From Chiloscyllium plagiosum (lineage: Eukaryota): DNA of 39,432 nt. A program made the position numbers and the translations under genes. Every line of letters starts with the position of its first letter. Within the stretch, counting starts at the first letter, position 1. Below are positions 11,695 to 23,375 of this stretch, in pieces. Below the pieces are notes generated by a model. It had not been told where the DNA came from. It saw nothing but the letters and a program-made list of their open reading frames with translations, and ran no database searches. The stretch lies in contig NC_057718.1 of the NCBI RefSeq assembly GCF_004010195.1, positions 46,155,897-46,195,328 of the forward strand. The letters run 5' to 3'.

Positions 11695-12221
11695 ATAGAG
11701 TCATAGAGCCATAGAGATATATAGCACAGAAACAGACCCTTCGGTCCAACTCGTCCATGCTGACCAGATATCCAAAATTAATCTAGTCCCATTTGCCAGC
11801 ACTTGGCCCATATTCCTCTAAACCCTTCTTATTCATATACCCAATCTAGATGCCTTTTAAATGCTGTAATTGTACCAGCCCCCACCACTTCCTCTGGCAG
11901 CTCATTCCGTACACATGAAAAGGTTATCCCTTAGGGCCCTTTTAAATCTTTCTCCTCTCACCTTAAACCGATGCTTTCTAGTTCTGGACTCTCCCATTCC
12001 AGGGAAAAGACCTTGTCTATTTACCCTATCCATGCCCCTCATGATTTTATAAATCTCTATAAGGTCACCCCTCAGCCTTTAACGCCCCAGAGAAAACAGC
12101 CCCAGCCTATTCAGCCTCTCCCTATAGCTCAAACCCTCCAAAACTGGCAATATCCTTGTTAATCTTTTCGAGGCCCCTTCAACATCCTTCTGATAGGAGG
12201 GAGAGCATAATTGAACACAAT
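11695..12221 (-). mobile_element. CR1/HER1 LINE 3' end
   Basis: ATAGAGTCATAGAG tail repeats and close similarity to the reverse complement of 21620-22083. Confidence 0.9.
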
Positions 12222-12857
12222 ATTTATCATTATGTGGTATACTACATCTTGGTATGAAAGACTAGAGCCTGCTCTGCTGAGACTTGCTCCTCGTTTCTCT
12301 TCCACCATTGACTTCTGCTCAGTTCCTTAGATTATCATAGTAGGGAGGATTGGTGACAGCTTTATCCCAGCCATAAGTCACCAGTGATTGATGTAAGCAA
12401 TATGTCAAATTGCCATATGGCATCATTAGTTCCCATTGTTGCCTAATACCACATGCTGACAGCAGCAGGCATGGTTGTGTAATGTTCAGAACAAGCCACA
12501 GTGAAGAGAATCCAGAATAACCTGAAGGGACAGAGGATTTTTCTTTTTGAGGACAAGTTAATTACTATTTTAAGAGCATTGTTGTTTTAAGAAATGCTCG
12601 TCTAGACAGTTAGCAGCTAAAACCTTTCAAACAGACATCATTCAGCAGACTGATGGAAGCAGTAACAGATTTGTTGCTGTGCCCTGAGGTGAAACGATAA
12701 CCAGACCTGGAGCAAAGAAGCAAAGTGAAGCCAATGTGAGCTGCAAATAGTCACATTTGGGTAGAAGGCAGCAGATCCATGACAAAATTCAGCAACATAA
12801 TGAACAGTCTTCAGGGACTCCAGCTTTAAGTTGAACCCCTAAGGAATAAGGGGTAAA

Positions 12858-13820
12858 AGACATAAGAACATATGAAATAGAAGCAGGAGTAGGCCATCTG
12901 GCCCATAAAACCTGCTCCACCATTCAATAAGATCATGGCTGATCTTTTCATGAACTCAGTTCCACTTACCCACCTGTTTACCATAATCCTTAGTTCCTTT
13001 ACTTTTCCTTCTTTACCTTCAACAAGGTGGCCTTAACTGTTTCACTGGGCAGGGAATTCCACAGATTCACAATGCTTTGGGAGAAGACGCTCCTCCTAAG
13101 TTCAGTCCTAAATCTGTTTCTCCTTATTTTGAGGCTATGCCTCCTAGTTCTAGTTTCACCCACTAGTGGAAACAACCTCCCTGCTGCTATCTTATCTATT
13201 CACTTCATAATTTTATATGTTTCTGTAAGATCCCCCTCAATCTTCTGAATTCCAGTGAGTACAGTTCCAGTCTAATCAATCTGTCCTCGTAAGGCAACCT
13301 TCTCAACTCGAGAATCAACCTAGTGAATGTCCTATCCACCCCCTTCTAGTTCCAGTACATCCTTTCTCAAATAAGGAGACCAAACTGCATGCAGTACTCC
13401 AGGTGTGGCCTCACCAGCACCCTGTACAGTTGTAGCATTTACTCCTTATTTTTCAACTTTATCCCTCTCGCAATAAAGGTCAATATTCCATTTGCTTTCT
13501 TATTACTTGCTGCATCTGCAAACCAACTTTTTGGGATTCATGCACAAGGACACCTAGTTCCCTCTGCACAGCAGAATACTGCAATTTTTCACCATTTAAA
13601 TAATAGTCCATTTTGTTGTTATTTCTATCAAAATCTCCAAACTCACATTTACCAACATTGTACTTCATCTGCCAGACCTTTGCCCATTCATTTGTATACC
13701 TCTAAAGGCCTTCAGAGTCCTCTGCACACCTTGCTCTACCACTCATTTTAGTTTCATCTGTAAACCTTGACAAACCACACTTGGTCCCCAACTCTAAATC
13801 ACCTATGTCAATTGTAAACA
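12858..13820 (-). mobile_element. CR1 LINE 3' portion (RT C-terminus and tail)
   Basis: MKYNVGKCE..YYLNGEKLQ..LGVLVHES and RPHLEYC motifs; CATAAGAA-type tail. Confidence 0.92.
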
Positions 13821-14491
13821 GCAAGTTTTGAGAAGATTTATAGCTCAGTTTGAGGTTCTGTACGTAGGTTTGCTCGCTGAGCTGGAAGGTTCATTTCCAG
13901 ATGTTTCATCACCCTACTAGGTAACATCTTCAGTGGGCCTCCAGGCAAAGCACTGCTGCTGATTCCTGCTTTCTATTTATATGTTTGGGTTTCTTTGGGT
14001 TGGTGATGTCATTTCCCATGGTGATGTCATTTCCTGTTCTTTTTCTCAGGGAGTGGTAGATGGGGTCTAACTCGATTGTTTTGTTGATAGGGTTCTGGTT
14101 GGAATGCCATGCTTCTAGAAATTCTCATGCGAGTCTCTGTTTGGCTTACCCTCGGATGGATGTGTTGTCCCAGTCGAAGTGGTGTCCTTCCTTATCTGTA
14201 TGTAAGGATACTAGTGAGAGAGGGTCATGTCATTTTGTGGCTAGTTGATGCTCATATATCCTGGTGGCTAGTTTTCTGCCTGTTGTCCAATGTAATGTTT
14301 GTTACAGTTCTTGCACGGTATTTTGTAAATGATATTTGTTTTGCTTGTTGTCTTTCAAGCAAAAGATAACAAGCAAAACTAATGTCATTTACAAAATACC
14401 GTGCAAGGACTGTAACAAATATTACATTGGACAAACAGGCAGAAAACTAGCCACCAGGATATATGAACATCAACTAGCCACAAAATGACAT
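13821..14491 (-). mobile_element. Penelope-like element (family 1) with a fold-back duplication of its 5' end
   Basis: 13821-14355 is the reverse complement of the 9861-10389 family; 14362-14491 is an inverted copy of 14227-14355. Confidence 0.9.
13897..13936 (-). ncRNA. Minimal hammerhead ribozyme motif (decayed)
   Basis: CCA-CUGAAGA-U-GUUACC-UAGUAG-GGUGAU-GAAA-CA-UC-UGG. Confidence 0.65.
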
Positions 14492-15539
14492 TCCTAAAAT
14501 GATTCCTAAAACCAGGAAAATTATATTGAATATTTTTCTCAAATACCTAAAAGAATTTGCAACTTTTGAAAGATTCAAATCCAAATTTTAAAACGTCATT
14601 AGAAGAATATAACTACAGTACAGATTGTTGAAAATCTGAACAAAAACACAAGAGGTTTTGCAAGAATCCATAGACAATTTAATTAATGTCCTCTAGTGAT
14701 TGGCTGAAATCTGTGAATATGGAGCCTGGCGTTCTGAATTCAGAAGAGATAAAACTATAGGACTCTTTGATCAGTCTTTGTCAGATTCATCATGGTCCAA
14801 AGAATATCTAACTTGGAAGGAGGTTGTCCAGAAGGTTTTAGAAGCATAGCCCGGGAAGAATCACAGACAAATCCTGGGAAGATAAGAATAACTTTAGTAC
14901 AGAGGATCAAGAAACCTATGAACTCATATGAAACAAATACAGGAAAAAGATAATTGCAAGTCAAAACAAATCATCAGAGACAAAGACTTGCTGTCAGTGC
15001 GCTTGAACAAAAAAGCTTCACAAGCAAAAACAATGTCCAAATATGACTGAAGAACATTACATCTATAATAAATTTGTGCAGTTCTAAAGGATGTGCAGAA
15101 GGCACAAGTAGTTCCAGAAGAGCAAAGTGACTAGTCAGTACACACATAAAGCTCCATTCAGTAGATCTCACATCTCTTTTGAATTAAATAGCTTGCATTT
15201 GAAGATATATACCATTGATTGAGATATCTAAGGCATTCATTCCCAGGGTAAATTTGAGATCTACCCAAAGCAAATTTGACAGAACTTATTGAAGTCAATC
15301 AATACTTTACTCAATGTAATCTCAATGCAGGGAAGAGTGTTGTTGTGTCCTGTTAGGCATGTAGTTTAAGAATCTCAGACTTATAGAAGCAGATTCTTCC
15401 TATAGGTGGCATTGACACCCAAAAAGTAGTGATGACATCACACATTTTATTTTCATGCAGATTTACGGAAACAAAATGGTGGAACTAACTTATGCCTTGA
15501 CACAGATACATCTCCCTAATGTAGCAAACTACATTTCAG

Positions 15540-16345
15540 TGATTTTTTTGCTATATTTCCTACCACCAGCACTTAATGATCAATTACCTAATGTTTCTTT
15601 TTAAAATTAATTTACAATATCTTATTTTTTTTAAAGAGAGCATTCATTCACAGTGCTTAGTATTACTGTTGGTTTTGCTTATATTTGTGATTTGGACTCT
15701 TCTATTTTTAAGTAATGTACCATTAGAAAGTTGTTGCATCTTGACAAAACTTGCATTTCAATCAACAAGAAATTAGTTCTGCTGTCTGGCTGGTTAATAG
15801 AGATCTTCATGCTGTCTGTACTCACTGAAATAGATGCTGTTGATTGTCCAATTTCTCTGATCTCCAAAGTTTGTATCCAGTCAGTTTCTGATTTGTTTTC
15901 CTAATATTTATCATCAGATCTTGGTGGACTGTCTCAGCTAACCATGATGTGATCTTGACTCGGCAGAATATTTTACCTGCAGTGACAATGTCTATATTAT
16001 CTTCCATAACATAAGAAACTGGGTATAAATATCATGACATTGAAGAATCCAACAAATGTTTATTATAGCCAATTATCATACAGAAACGTTACATTTATCA
16101 GACACCTGAGCTAATATTAAGCTAATACATTACAAAAGAACAATATTAATCAGCATACTTCCAGTAGGATGTCATGCTTCAAGTGATCCTGGCATAAGAT
16201 GGAGTGTGGGATCGCCAGCATCTGCAGCCCTCACGTTTTCTACACTAACAGCTTGCTTTTCAGTTCTGGATGCTTTTGGGTTCTTCTCTGTAACACTCCA
16301 ATTCTATGTGTTGTCACCTTGATTCCAGCATCTTCTGGTTCACCA
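15540..16345 (-). mobile_element. Gypsy PBS-like site, leader and gag N-terminal remnant
   Basis: TGGTGAACCAGAAG directly after the LTR (16345 downward). The weak gag-like strings SINQPDSRTNFLL..KIEESK and LFKKNKIL*INFKKKH resemble NKILERAKFNKR. Confidence 0.45.
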
Positions 16346-16915
16346 TAATGAGAATGTCTTGTCTCTAAAATGATTCTGCAATAATCAAGATTCAACTTAA
16401 CAATTTTTAAAATTTTGTCCTAACACTACATTACAGTCATTAATTGATACAAACCTGAGTACTTCAATAGTTTCCTTACCTCCACTCTTCCCACCTCATC
16501 CAAGATCCAACCCTACAACTGTCGCTGCTGTCTTGAACTGTCCTACCTGTCCATCTTCCTTTCCACCTATCTGCTCCACCCTCCCCTCCGACCTACCACT
16601 ATCACCCTCCACCTGCATCTACCTATTGTCTTCCCCGCAACCCCACCCCCAACATCCTATTCATCCTCCACACCCACATCCCCATTCCTGATGAAGGACT
16701 TATGCCCGACACATCGACTGTCCTGCTCGTTGGATGCTGCCTGACCTGCTGTGATTTTCCAGCGCCATACCTTTTGACTCTGATCTGCAGTCCTCACTTT
16801 CTCCTGAGTACTTCTTTCCTGAGATATTGCTCCAGCCTCTCTCTTAGTCACCTGATATTACAGCATCATTATATCATAATATCTTAGGCTTCTGCTAGTA
16901 TTTCATTACTCCATA
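16346..16915 (-). repeat. 5' LTR of the ancient Gypsy element (about 220 bp after removing the nested PLE)
   Basis: Aligns with 9483-9684, e.g. CTAAAATGATTCTGCAATAATCAAGA vs CTAAATGATTCTGCAGTAGTCTAGA and TACAGCATCATTATATCATAAT vs TACAGGATCATTAACTCATGAT. Confidence 0.7.
16466..16802 (+). mobile_element. Penelope-like element 3' UTR and terminal repeat (family 2) with decayed hammerhead
   Basis: Pyrimidine-rich UTR, CTGATGAAGGACTTATGCCCGACACATC (GAAA mutated) at 16688-16715, and TSD CCTGAGTACTTC at 16454-16465 and 16803-16814. Confidence 0.82.
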
Positions 16916-17334
16916 GGCTTTTTAAATTCTGGTTACCTTCGATTAATGATGCCATTCGGTAGAGGCTGGGTTCTACTGTGTGGTAAGAATTGGTCATTAA
17001 GTGGAAAAGAATTTGATCAAGCAAGTGACAAAAGTAGAGACACACCAAAAACAAATCCAAAGTTCAATATAAGAACCTTTTCTTACTAATACCTAGAACA
17101 CTAAAACATGTGACAAGAACTTTAAAATCATTAGCTTTAGGTTTCTTTTGAGTTATTTGTCACTGACATGCAACTGGAGGAATGTTAAATGCCAATGAAT
17201 AAGCTTAATTTGTCTAAAGTGTATGTTACTATATCTTTTCATGTATAGTTAAAGACAGACATCAGAAGATCTGTGAAGCAGTTCATCCAAATTTGGAGTG
17301 ATGAGGGAACTAACAAGAGGTAAAGACAGATGCC

Positions 17335-19555
17335 ATGGGTGCATCTGTCCATGACAGTATTGGTCAGAGTGACCACTGCACAGTCCTGTGGTGATGAAGT
17401 CCCATGTTCACATTGAGAATACCTTCCACGTTGTGTGGCACTATCACCGTGCTAAACAGGACAGACTTTGAACAGATCCATTAATTCAAGACTTGGCATC
17501 TATGTGATGCTGTGAGTCATCAACAGCAGCAGAATTGCTCTCTGATATAATTTGCAACCTTACAGCCCTGCATATCCCCACTGCTCCATTACCATCAGGT
17601 CAGGAGATCAAGTCTGGTTCAATAGAGAGGGCCGGAGGGCATTCCAGAAACAGGACCTGGCATACCTAAAAATTAGGTATCAACCTGGTGAAGCTATCAA
17701 CAGGACTACTTGTTTGCCAAACCACATAAGCAGCAAGTGATAGACAAAGGCAAAAGATCCCACACCCAGCCGATCAAATTACACTCTGCATTCCTGCCAC
17801 ATCCGGTCATGAATGGTGGTAGACAATTACACGTTTCACTGGAGGAGGGGGTCTACAGATAGCCCCATCATCAATAAGGGAAAGCCAAGCATGTCAGTGC
17901 AAAAGGTAAGCCTGAAGAATTTGCAACAGTCTTCTGCCAGATTGCCAAGTGGGCGGTCCATCTCAGACTCCTCCAGAGGTCCCCAGCATCACAGCTGCCA
18001 GTCTTCAGCCAATCCACTTCAAATCCACATGCTATCAAGGAACAGTTGGAGGCACTAGATACTGCAAAGGCAAAGGATCCTGACAACAGTCTGGCAATAA
18101 TACTTAAAACATGTATTCCAGAGCTTGCAATTTTCCTAGCCAAGTTGTTCCAGTACAGATAAAACACTGGCATCTCCCCTCCCATGTAGAAAATTGACCA
18201 GGCATGTCCTCTATACAAAGTAGGACAAATCCATCCCAGTCAATTACCCCTCACATCAGTCTACCTCGAGCATCAGTAAAGTAATGGGAAGTGTCATCAA
18301 CAGTGCTATCAAGCAGCAGCAACTTGCTCACTGTCACCCAGGGCCATTCAGCTCCTGACCTCATTCCAGCCTTTGTTCAAACATGGACAAAAAAGTGGAA
18401 TTCCAGAGGTGAGGTGAGAGTGACTGCCCTTGACATCAAGGCCATACTGACCAAACGTGACATTGAGCAGCCCTAACAACACTGAAGTCAATTGGAATCG
18501 TGGGGCAAGCCCTCTGCTGTTTGGAATCATAGCTGGCACAGAGGAAGATGGTCATGGTTGTTGGAGGTCAAACATCTCAGCTCTGGGACATCTCTGCAGG
18601 AGTTCCTCAGGGTGGTGTCAAAGGCCCAGCCATCTTCATTTGCTTCATCAATGCCTTTCTCTCCATCATAAAGTTAGACATGGGGATCTTCCCCAATAAT
18701 TGTGTAATGTTCAGTACCACTCACAACTCCTCAAATACAAAAGTAGTCTATGTTGAAATGCAACAAGATTCAGATAATATTGTGGCTTGGGGTAAAAGGT
18801 GGCAAGTAACATTTGGATCGCATAAGTGTCAGACAATGACCATTTCCAAGAAGAGAGAATTTAATTTTCAACCCTGAATATTCAATGTTGTTACCATCAT
18901 TGAATTCTCTCACTATCAACATCCTGGGACAGGACATTATCATTGGCCAGAAATAGAACTAGACTCAGCATACATTGACTGCAAAAGCAGGTCAGAGGCT
19001 AGGAATCCTGCAGTGCATCATTCACCTCTTGACTTCCCAAAGCATATCCACCATCTACAAGGCACAAGTCAGCAGTGTGATGGAACACTACCCACTTGCC
19101 TGTTTAGGTACAGTTCCAACAACACCCACAACTCAACACCATCCAGGACAAAGTAGCCCACTTGACTGGCACCACATTATAAACATTCACCCTCCACCAC
19201 CCATGCTCAGCAGCAGCAGCAGCAGTGTGTACTATCTACAAGACGGAGTGCAGAAATTCACCAAAGATCACACCTTCCAACCCCATGATTTCCAGTATCC
19301 AGAAGGACAATGGCAGTAGATATGTGGAAACACCAGCACCTGTATGTTCCCTACCAAGCCACTCACCATCCAGGCTTGGAATCATATCACAGTTCCTTCT
19401 GTTTCACAAAGTTCTCTATTAATATCACTGGTATCCCAATGCCAAAAGTACTGCAGCAATTCCAGAAAGCAGCTCACCAACAACCTCTCAAGGGCAGCTA
19501 GGGATGGGCAATAAATGCTGGCCTAGCCAATGACACTTACATCCCGTGAATCAAA
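17335..19555 (+). mobile_element. Decayed non-LTR retrotransposon ORF2 (CR1 group, distinct from HER1) with 3' tail
   Basis: RT motifs ISAGVPQGGVKGPAIFICFIN and WGKRWQVTF..KCQTMTIS, plus KAGQRLGIL..TIYKAQV. Tail AGGGATGGGCAATAAATGCTGGCCTAGCC. Confidence 0.9.
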
Positions 19556-20182
19556 AGCAGAAGTTATTTGGGAGCAATGGTGTGGAAATTCAGTACTTCA
19601 TTTGTATTCTAAGATGTGGTTACTTTATAAGTGTTTACTAATCATAGAACATACAGAGTTCAGATACAAACACAAAAACATACGCACATACACCATTAGT
19701 AATTGTGTCTGATTCCCATTAATGTCAACTTGGAAGTTTTGCTAAATTAAGGGCACGTGGTGTTACTGGTTTTGTTTTGATACTGACACATGGTGCAGCT
19801 TTATGTTCAGCTACCATTGTGCGTAAGTTAGAGATAAGCTGATGTCACAGCTTTCACAGCAAGACGGACAGAATTATAGAACACAACATATAAGGAACCA
19901 AAAATCTCATGTTAAGCCAGACTCATAACAAACAAGTTGGTAAAAGGAAGAATCATGGAGTGCAAGCCTTGAAATTATCAGCATTAAAAATAACATTTGA
20001 TTTATTCTACGGCCATAAACCAGTGACCCTAGTTGTAGGTTGATAGGTTCATCAGTGTCACATTAATTGATAATAAGGCGTGTTTATAGCACTGTGCTGG
20101 AAATCATTCAGCTGACAAACAGGTTCACAGAGTGGTGCACTTCTTTTATTCTTTCATGGGAAGTAGGCATCGCTGTTTTTAA

Positions 20183-21021
20183 GGGGAGATTTAATGGCAT
20201 GACAAATGGCAACTGATGCCTTGCCTGCATGCATCCACAATATGTATCCTGGCTGGTCAATGTGTTGGGTTGTGTCCAAATATTCATTGAAACCAAGCTG
20301 TCACTCACTTTGGCCTCAAGTGCTATAAGTTCCTGAAGCAGATCACCAACTCACCCGCCTAGCTTAACCTGGCATCCAATAAATACACAGCCTTATGTCT
20401 ACAAGGCAGTCAATCCAAGCCATTGGCATTTAAGCACATGGATTGAAGGAGAGTATCGGCCCTATTCCGGCACTGCACTCATGATCTTGGAAGTCTTCAT
20501 AATTGCTAACCTCCTCTGCAATCTCCATCCAGACCTCCTTGTCAGCTGAGAGAACCGCCTGCTGCCATTCTCTGATGGTCTTCAGCGGGGAACCATGGAA
20601 CTGCGCTGCAGGACTCTGCCTTTCCCCAATCTCTAAATTTACTTATTGGGGAGGATTGTATGGCAGGTGGCAGTTATTGAAAAAGGGAGGTAAATTCCAA
20701 GAGGTTAAAGGTTATGAAGGGTTGCAAGAACAAACAGATCAAACTGGAGAATGAATAACAGCGGACATGGAACCTGTAGCCTTGCAACAGAGTTTCCCTG
20801 CTTGTCCAGTTCTCACAGCCCAGCTAGACTGCCAATGCACAGTAGACCCCTCCAACAGAAACCTACCCTGCCCCACATTTGCATAGGCTTCATGTGCCAG
20901 CCACTAGTCCTTTAAATGGTCTTAGTGTTGCATGTGCACCGGGTCCCAACAGAAATGTGCAATAGCCATCTACATCCAGTTCCAACACTGGGAAGGGCAT
21001 GCCACTGATTAAATTCCGCTC
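20183..21021 (-). mobile_element. Probable non-autonomous PIF/Harbinger DNA-transposon remnant with Myb/SANT-like fragment
   Basis: Minus strand 20580-20455 gives ENGSRR../KEVWMEIAEEVS../PRS*VQCRNR. Degenerate inverted termini GGGGAGATTTAAT and ATTAAATTCCGCTC, with TAA at the left flank. Confidence 0.5.
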
Positions 21022-21130
21022 AATGCCACCAAAAGCCAAGAACTTTGTTTATACTGTGCAATTAAAAAGGTTGACTGAAAGAAATGAGGGAAGAAATGAG
21101 ATGCATGATTTCATAGAGGATAAAAGGGTG

Positions 21131-21231
21131 GTCCAAAGAAGGGTCTTTGGACTCAAAACATTCACTCTCTCTTCATAGATGCTGTCAGACTTGTTACATT
21201 TCTCTAGCATTTTCTGTCTTTATTTCAGATT
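21131..21231 (+). mobile_element. Old PLE-type terminal-repeat remnant
   Basis: GAAGGGTC..GACTCAAAACATT..AGATGCTGTCAGAC..AGCATTTTCTG..TTTCAGATT has the same layout as the family-2 repeats, with a destroyed hammerhead. Confidence 0.5.
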
Positions 21232-21407
21232 GGATAGGGAATGTTTGTCAATGCTGGTCATGCGGAACAAATATGCAGCTAAGACCATACAAACCTGACT
21301 CCATATGGATTAACAAAAACACTGTAAGTGAACTGAAGAGGTGAAATGATCTCTACGCATGCTACAGGGAAGGCACAGACAGAAACAATTAAAAATATGA
21401 TCAAAGA

Positions 21408-22086
21408 CCTTAGTAAGTTTGCAGATGACACCAAAATTGGAGGTGTAGTGGATAGCAAAGAGGGTTACCTCAGATTACAACAGGATCTGGACCAGATGAG
21501 CCAATGTGCTGAGAAGTGGCAGATGGAGTTTAATTCAGATAAATACGAGGTGCTGCATTTTGGGAAAGCAAATCTTAGCAGGACTTATACACTTATTGAT
21601 GTTGTGAAACTTGAAAGGGTTCAGAAAAGATTGCCAGGATTGGAGGATCTGAGCTACAGGGAGAGGCTGAACAGGCTGGGGCTGTTTTCCCTTGAGCGTC
21701 AGAGGCTGAGGGGTGGCCTTATAGAGGTTTACAAAATTATGAGGGGCATGGATAGGATAAATAGACCAAGTCTTTTCCCTGGGGTTGGGGAGTCCAGAAC
21801 TAGAAGACATTTAGGGTGAGAGAGGAAAGATATAAAAGAGACCTAAGGGGCAACTTTTTCACGCAGATGGTGGTACGTGTATGGAATGAGCTGCCAGAGG
21901 ATGTGGTGGAGGCTGGTACAATTGCAATGTTTAAGAGGCATTTGGATGGGTATATGAATAGGAAGAGTTTGGAGGGATATGGGCCGGGTGCTGACAGGTG
22001 GGACTAGATTGGGATATCTGGTCGGCATGAACAGGTTGAATGGAAGGGTCTGTTTCTATGCTGTACATCTCTATGACTCTATAACT
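21408..22086 (+). mobile_element. CR1/HER1 LINE 3' part with internal deletions
   Basis: SKFADDTKIGG..WQMEFN..LERVQKR..RVWNELP; CTCTATGACTCTAT tail. Confidence 0.95.
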
Positions 22087-22179
22087 AGCATAATTTCAGC
22101 GCTAAAATATATCAGTCATAGATTTTCGGTACCACAATAGCATGACCTGTCAACCAAGAGGAGAAGAAATGAGAAAACA

Positions 22180-22760
22180 ACCATAGATTTCTAAATGAAG
22201 ATCTGCACAATATATAAGTTGGTCATTTAACCTTTTGAGACTGCTCTGTTGTTTAACAAGACCATGGTTGTTCTTACACCTCAAATCCTTCTTCCCACTC
22301 TATCCTCAAATGTCATAATTCCCTTAGTGCCCATAGATCTCTGTCTTGAACTTTGATTAGATTAGATTATATTACATTTCAGTGTGGAAACAGGCCCTTC
22401 AGCCCAACAAGTCCACACCGACCCGCCGAAACGCAACCCACCCATACCCCTACATTTACCCCTTACCTAACACTACGGGCAATTTAGCACGTCCAATTCA
22501 CTTAACCTGCACATCTTTGTGACTTGTGGGAGGAAACCGGAGCACCTGGAGGAAACCCACGCAGACACGGGGAGATCGTGCAAACTCCACACAGTCAGTC
22601 GCCTGAGGCGGGAATTGAACCCGGGTCTCTGGCGCTGTGAGGCAGCAGTGCTAACCACTGTGCCACCGTGCCACCCAGATGCTAACAACTGAGAATTCAC
22701 AGTTATTTCAGATGGAGGAATCCAAAGATTCAAAACCCTTTGAAAAAAGGAATTTTTCCT
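22180..22760 (-). mobile_element. Old CR1 tail remnant hosting an HE1 SINE
   Basis: CCATAGA..GGTCATTTAACCTTTTGAGACTGCTCTG and GGAATCCAAAGATTCAAAACCCTTTG match the CR1 tail pattern at 12860-13080. Confidence 0.55.
22355..22676 (-). mobile_element. HE1-type V-SINE (young)
   Basis: Nearly identical to 935-1256. Confidence 0.95.
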
Positions 22761-22761
22761 T

Positions 22762-23375
22762 GGGCTGGCTTAGTGTTTCCCGTAATGCTCCCATCCATCC
22801 GTTGGAAATCCGGCAGGAGATACACGTCACTTTGACAGGGTGGTCCAGCTGAATCAACTGCCTGTCAGGCAATTTTTTGGTCAGCATCGGGCCTTTGCCA
22901 AGGCCCCTATGGTGGAACTCTCACCTGCTGAGAGCTACTGAGCAGAGGCTGGTAATTCCCTGTTATAGACTACAACTTCAGGAACGCTAGCTGCTGCCAC
23001 TATCACAGGAAAGAGAAAGGTATGATGCATTTGAAAAACTCTGAATGCTGGGGTAGGCCCATATTCCAGGGCTTCTTTAATTGATAGATGTACTTCCGGT
23101 TGGACCAGGTAATTATGGGGGTCACATGAGGATCTGGACCAAATCATAGCCCAAGCCACAAAAAATGAAGAGGACATTGTTTTAAGTTATCGGGTATCTT
23201 GACAGTACCATAAGCCTGTTCCTGGGAGGTGAGAGGAGATCCCAAATTTGCCCCCTCATCTTCCCTAGACTTTTAATCGGTTCCACATTGGTATACATCT
23301 GAAGTTTTGTGGGTAGCCATCAATGACAGACTGATTAGGGTACTTCCTCCACACCAACTCTGGAAAGTCTGCCAG
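22762..23375. mobile_element. Old non-autonomous repeat, possibly Harbinger/MITE-like; related to 26425-27335
   Basis: Shared block GGTGGAACTCTCACCTGCTGAGAGCT vs GGTAGAAATTTCACCTCCAGAGAGCT; GC-richer than the flanks; termini unclear. Confidence 0.3.

Larger units (their letters stand above)
9700..12455 (-). mobile_element. Decayed Gypsy pol (RT thumb, RNase H-integrase linker, integrase); interrupted by a PLE and a CR1 fragment
   Basis: HERLVRPQNSKRHLQRSYQGHLQISK*RARAQQSVWWG (11327-11214, integrase HHCC region), ALKRIYLVHDIPD, LSYRSPP*QNGLLTAKLLMGR (10820-10758), QEGTIVEK..PKSCFV..IISRNQKCL and SMRLERAVKLPKKL (like the terminal TRSGRVVKPP). The 12222-12455 part is weaker. Confidence 0.8.
12460..15530 (+). 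mobile_element. Decayed Gypsy gag-protease block in opposite orientation (parts 12460-12857 and 14492-15530)
   Basis: QESIDNLINVL**LAEICEYGAWRSEFRRDKTIGLFDQSLSD (14661-14787, gag), CCQCA*TKKLHKQKQCP..F*RMCR (zinc knuckles, about 14989-15110), IEVNQYFTQCNLNAGKSVVV (protease DTG decayed to NAG at 15324-15332). The 12460-12857 part is only weakly assignable. Confidence 0.7.

Noticed and set aside
9700..16345. Pseudogene of a host gene with a giant Ser/Lys/Asn-rich exon, suggested by ORFs 10378-10674, 11454-11648 and 15679-16007
   Set aside because: Frame-by-frame translation shows Gypsy integrase, gag and protease motifs flanked by an LTR pair.
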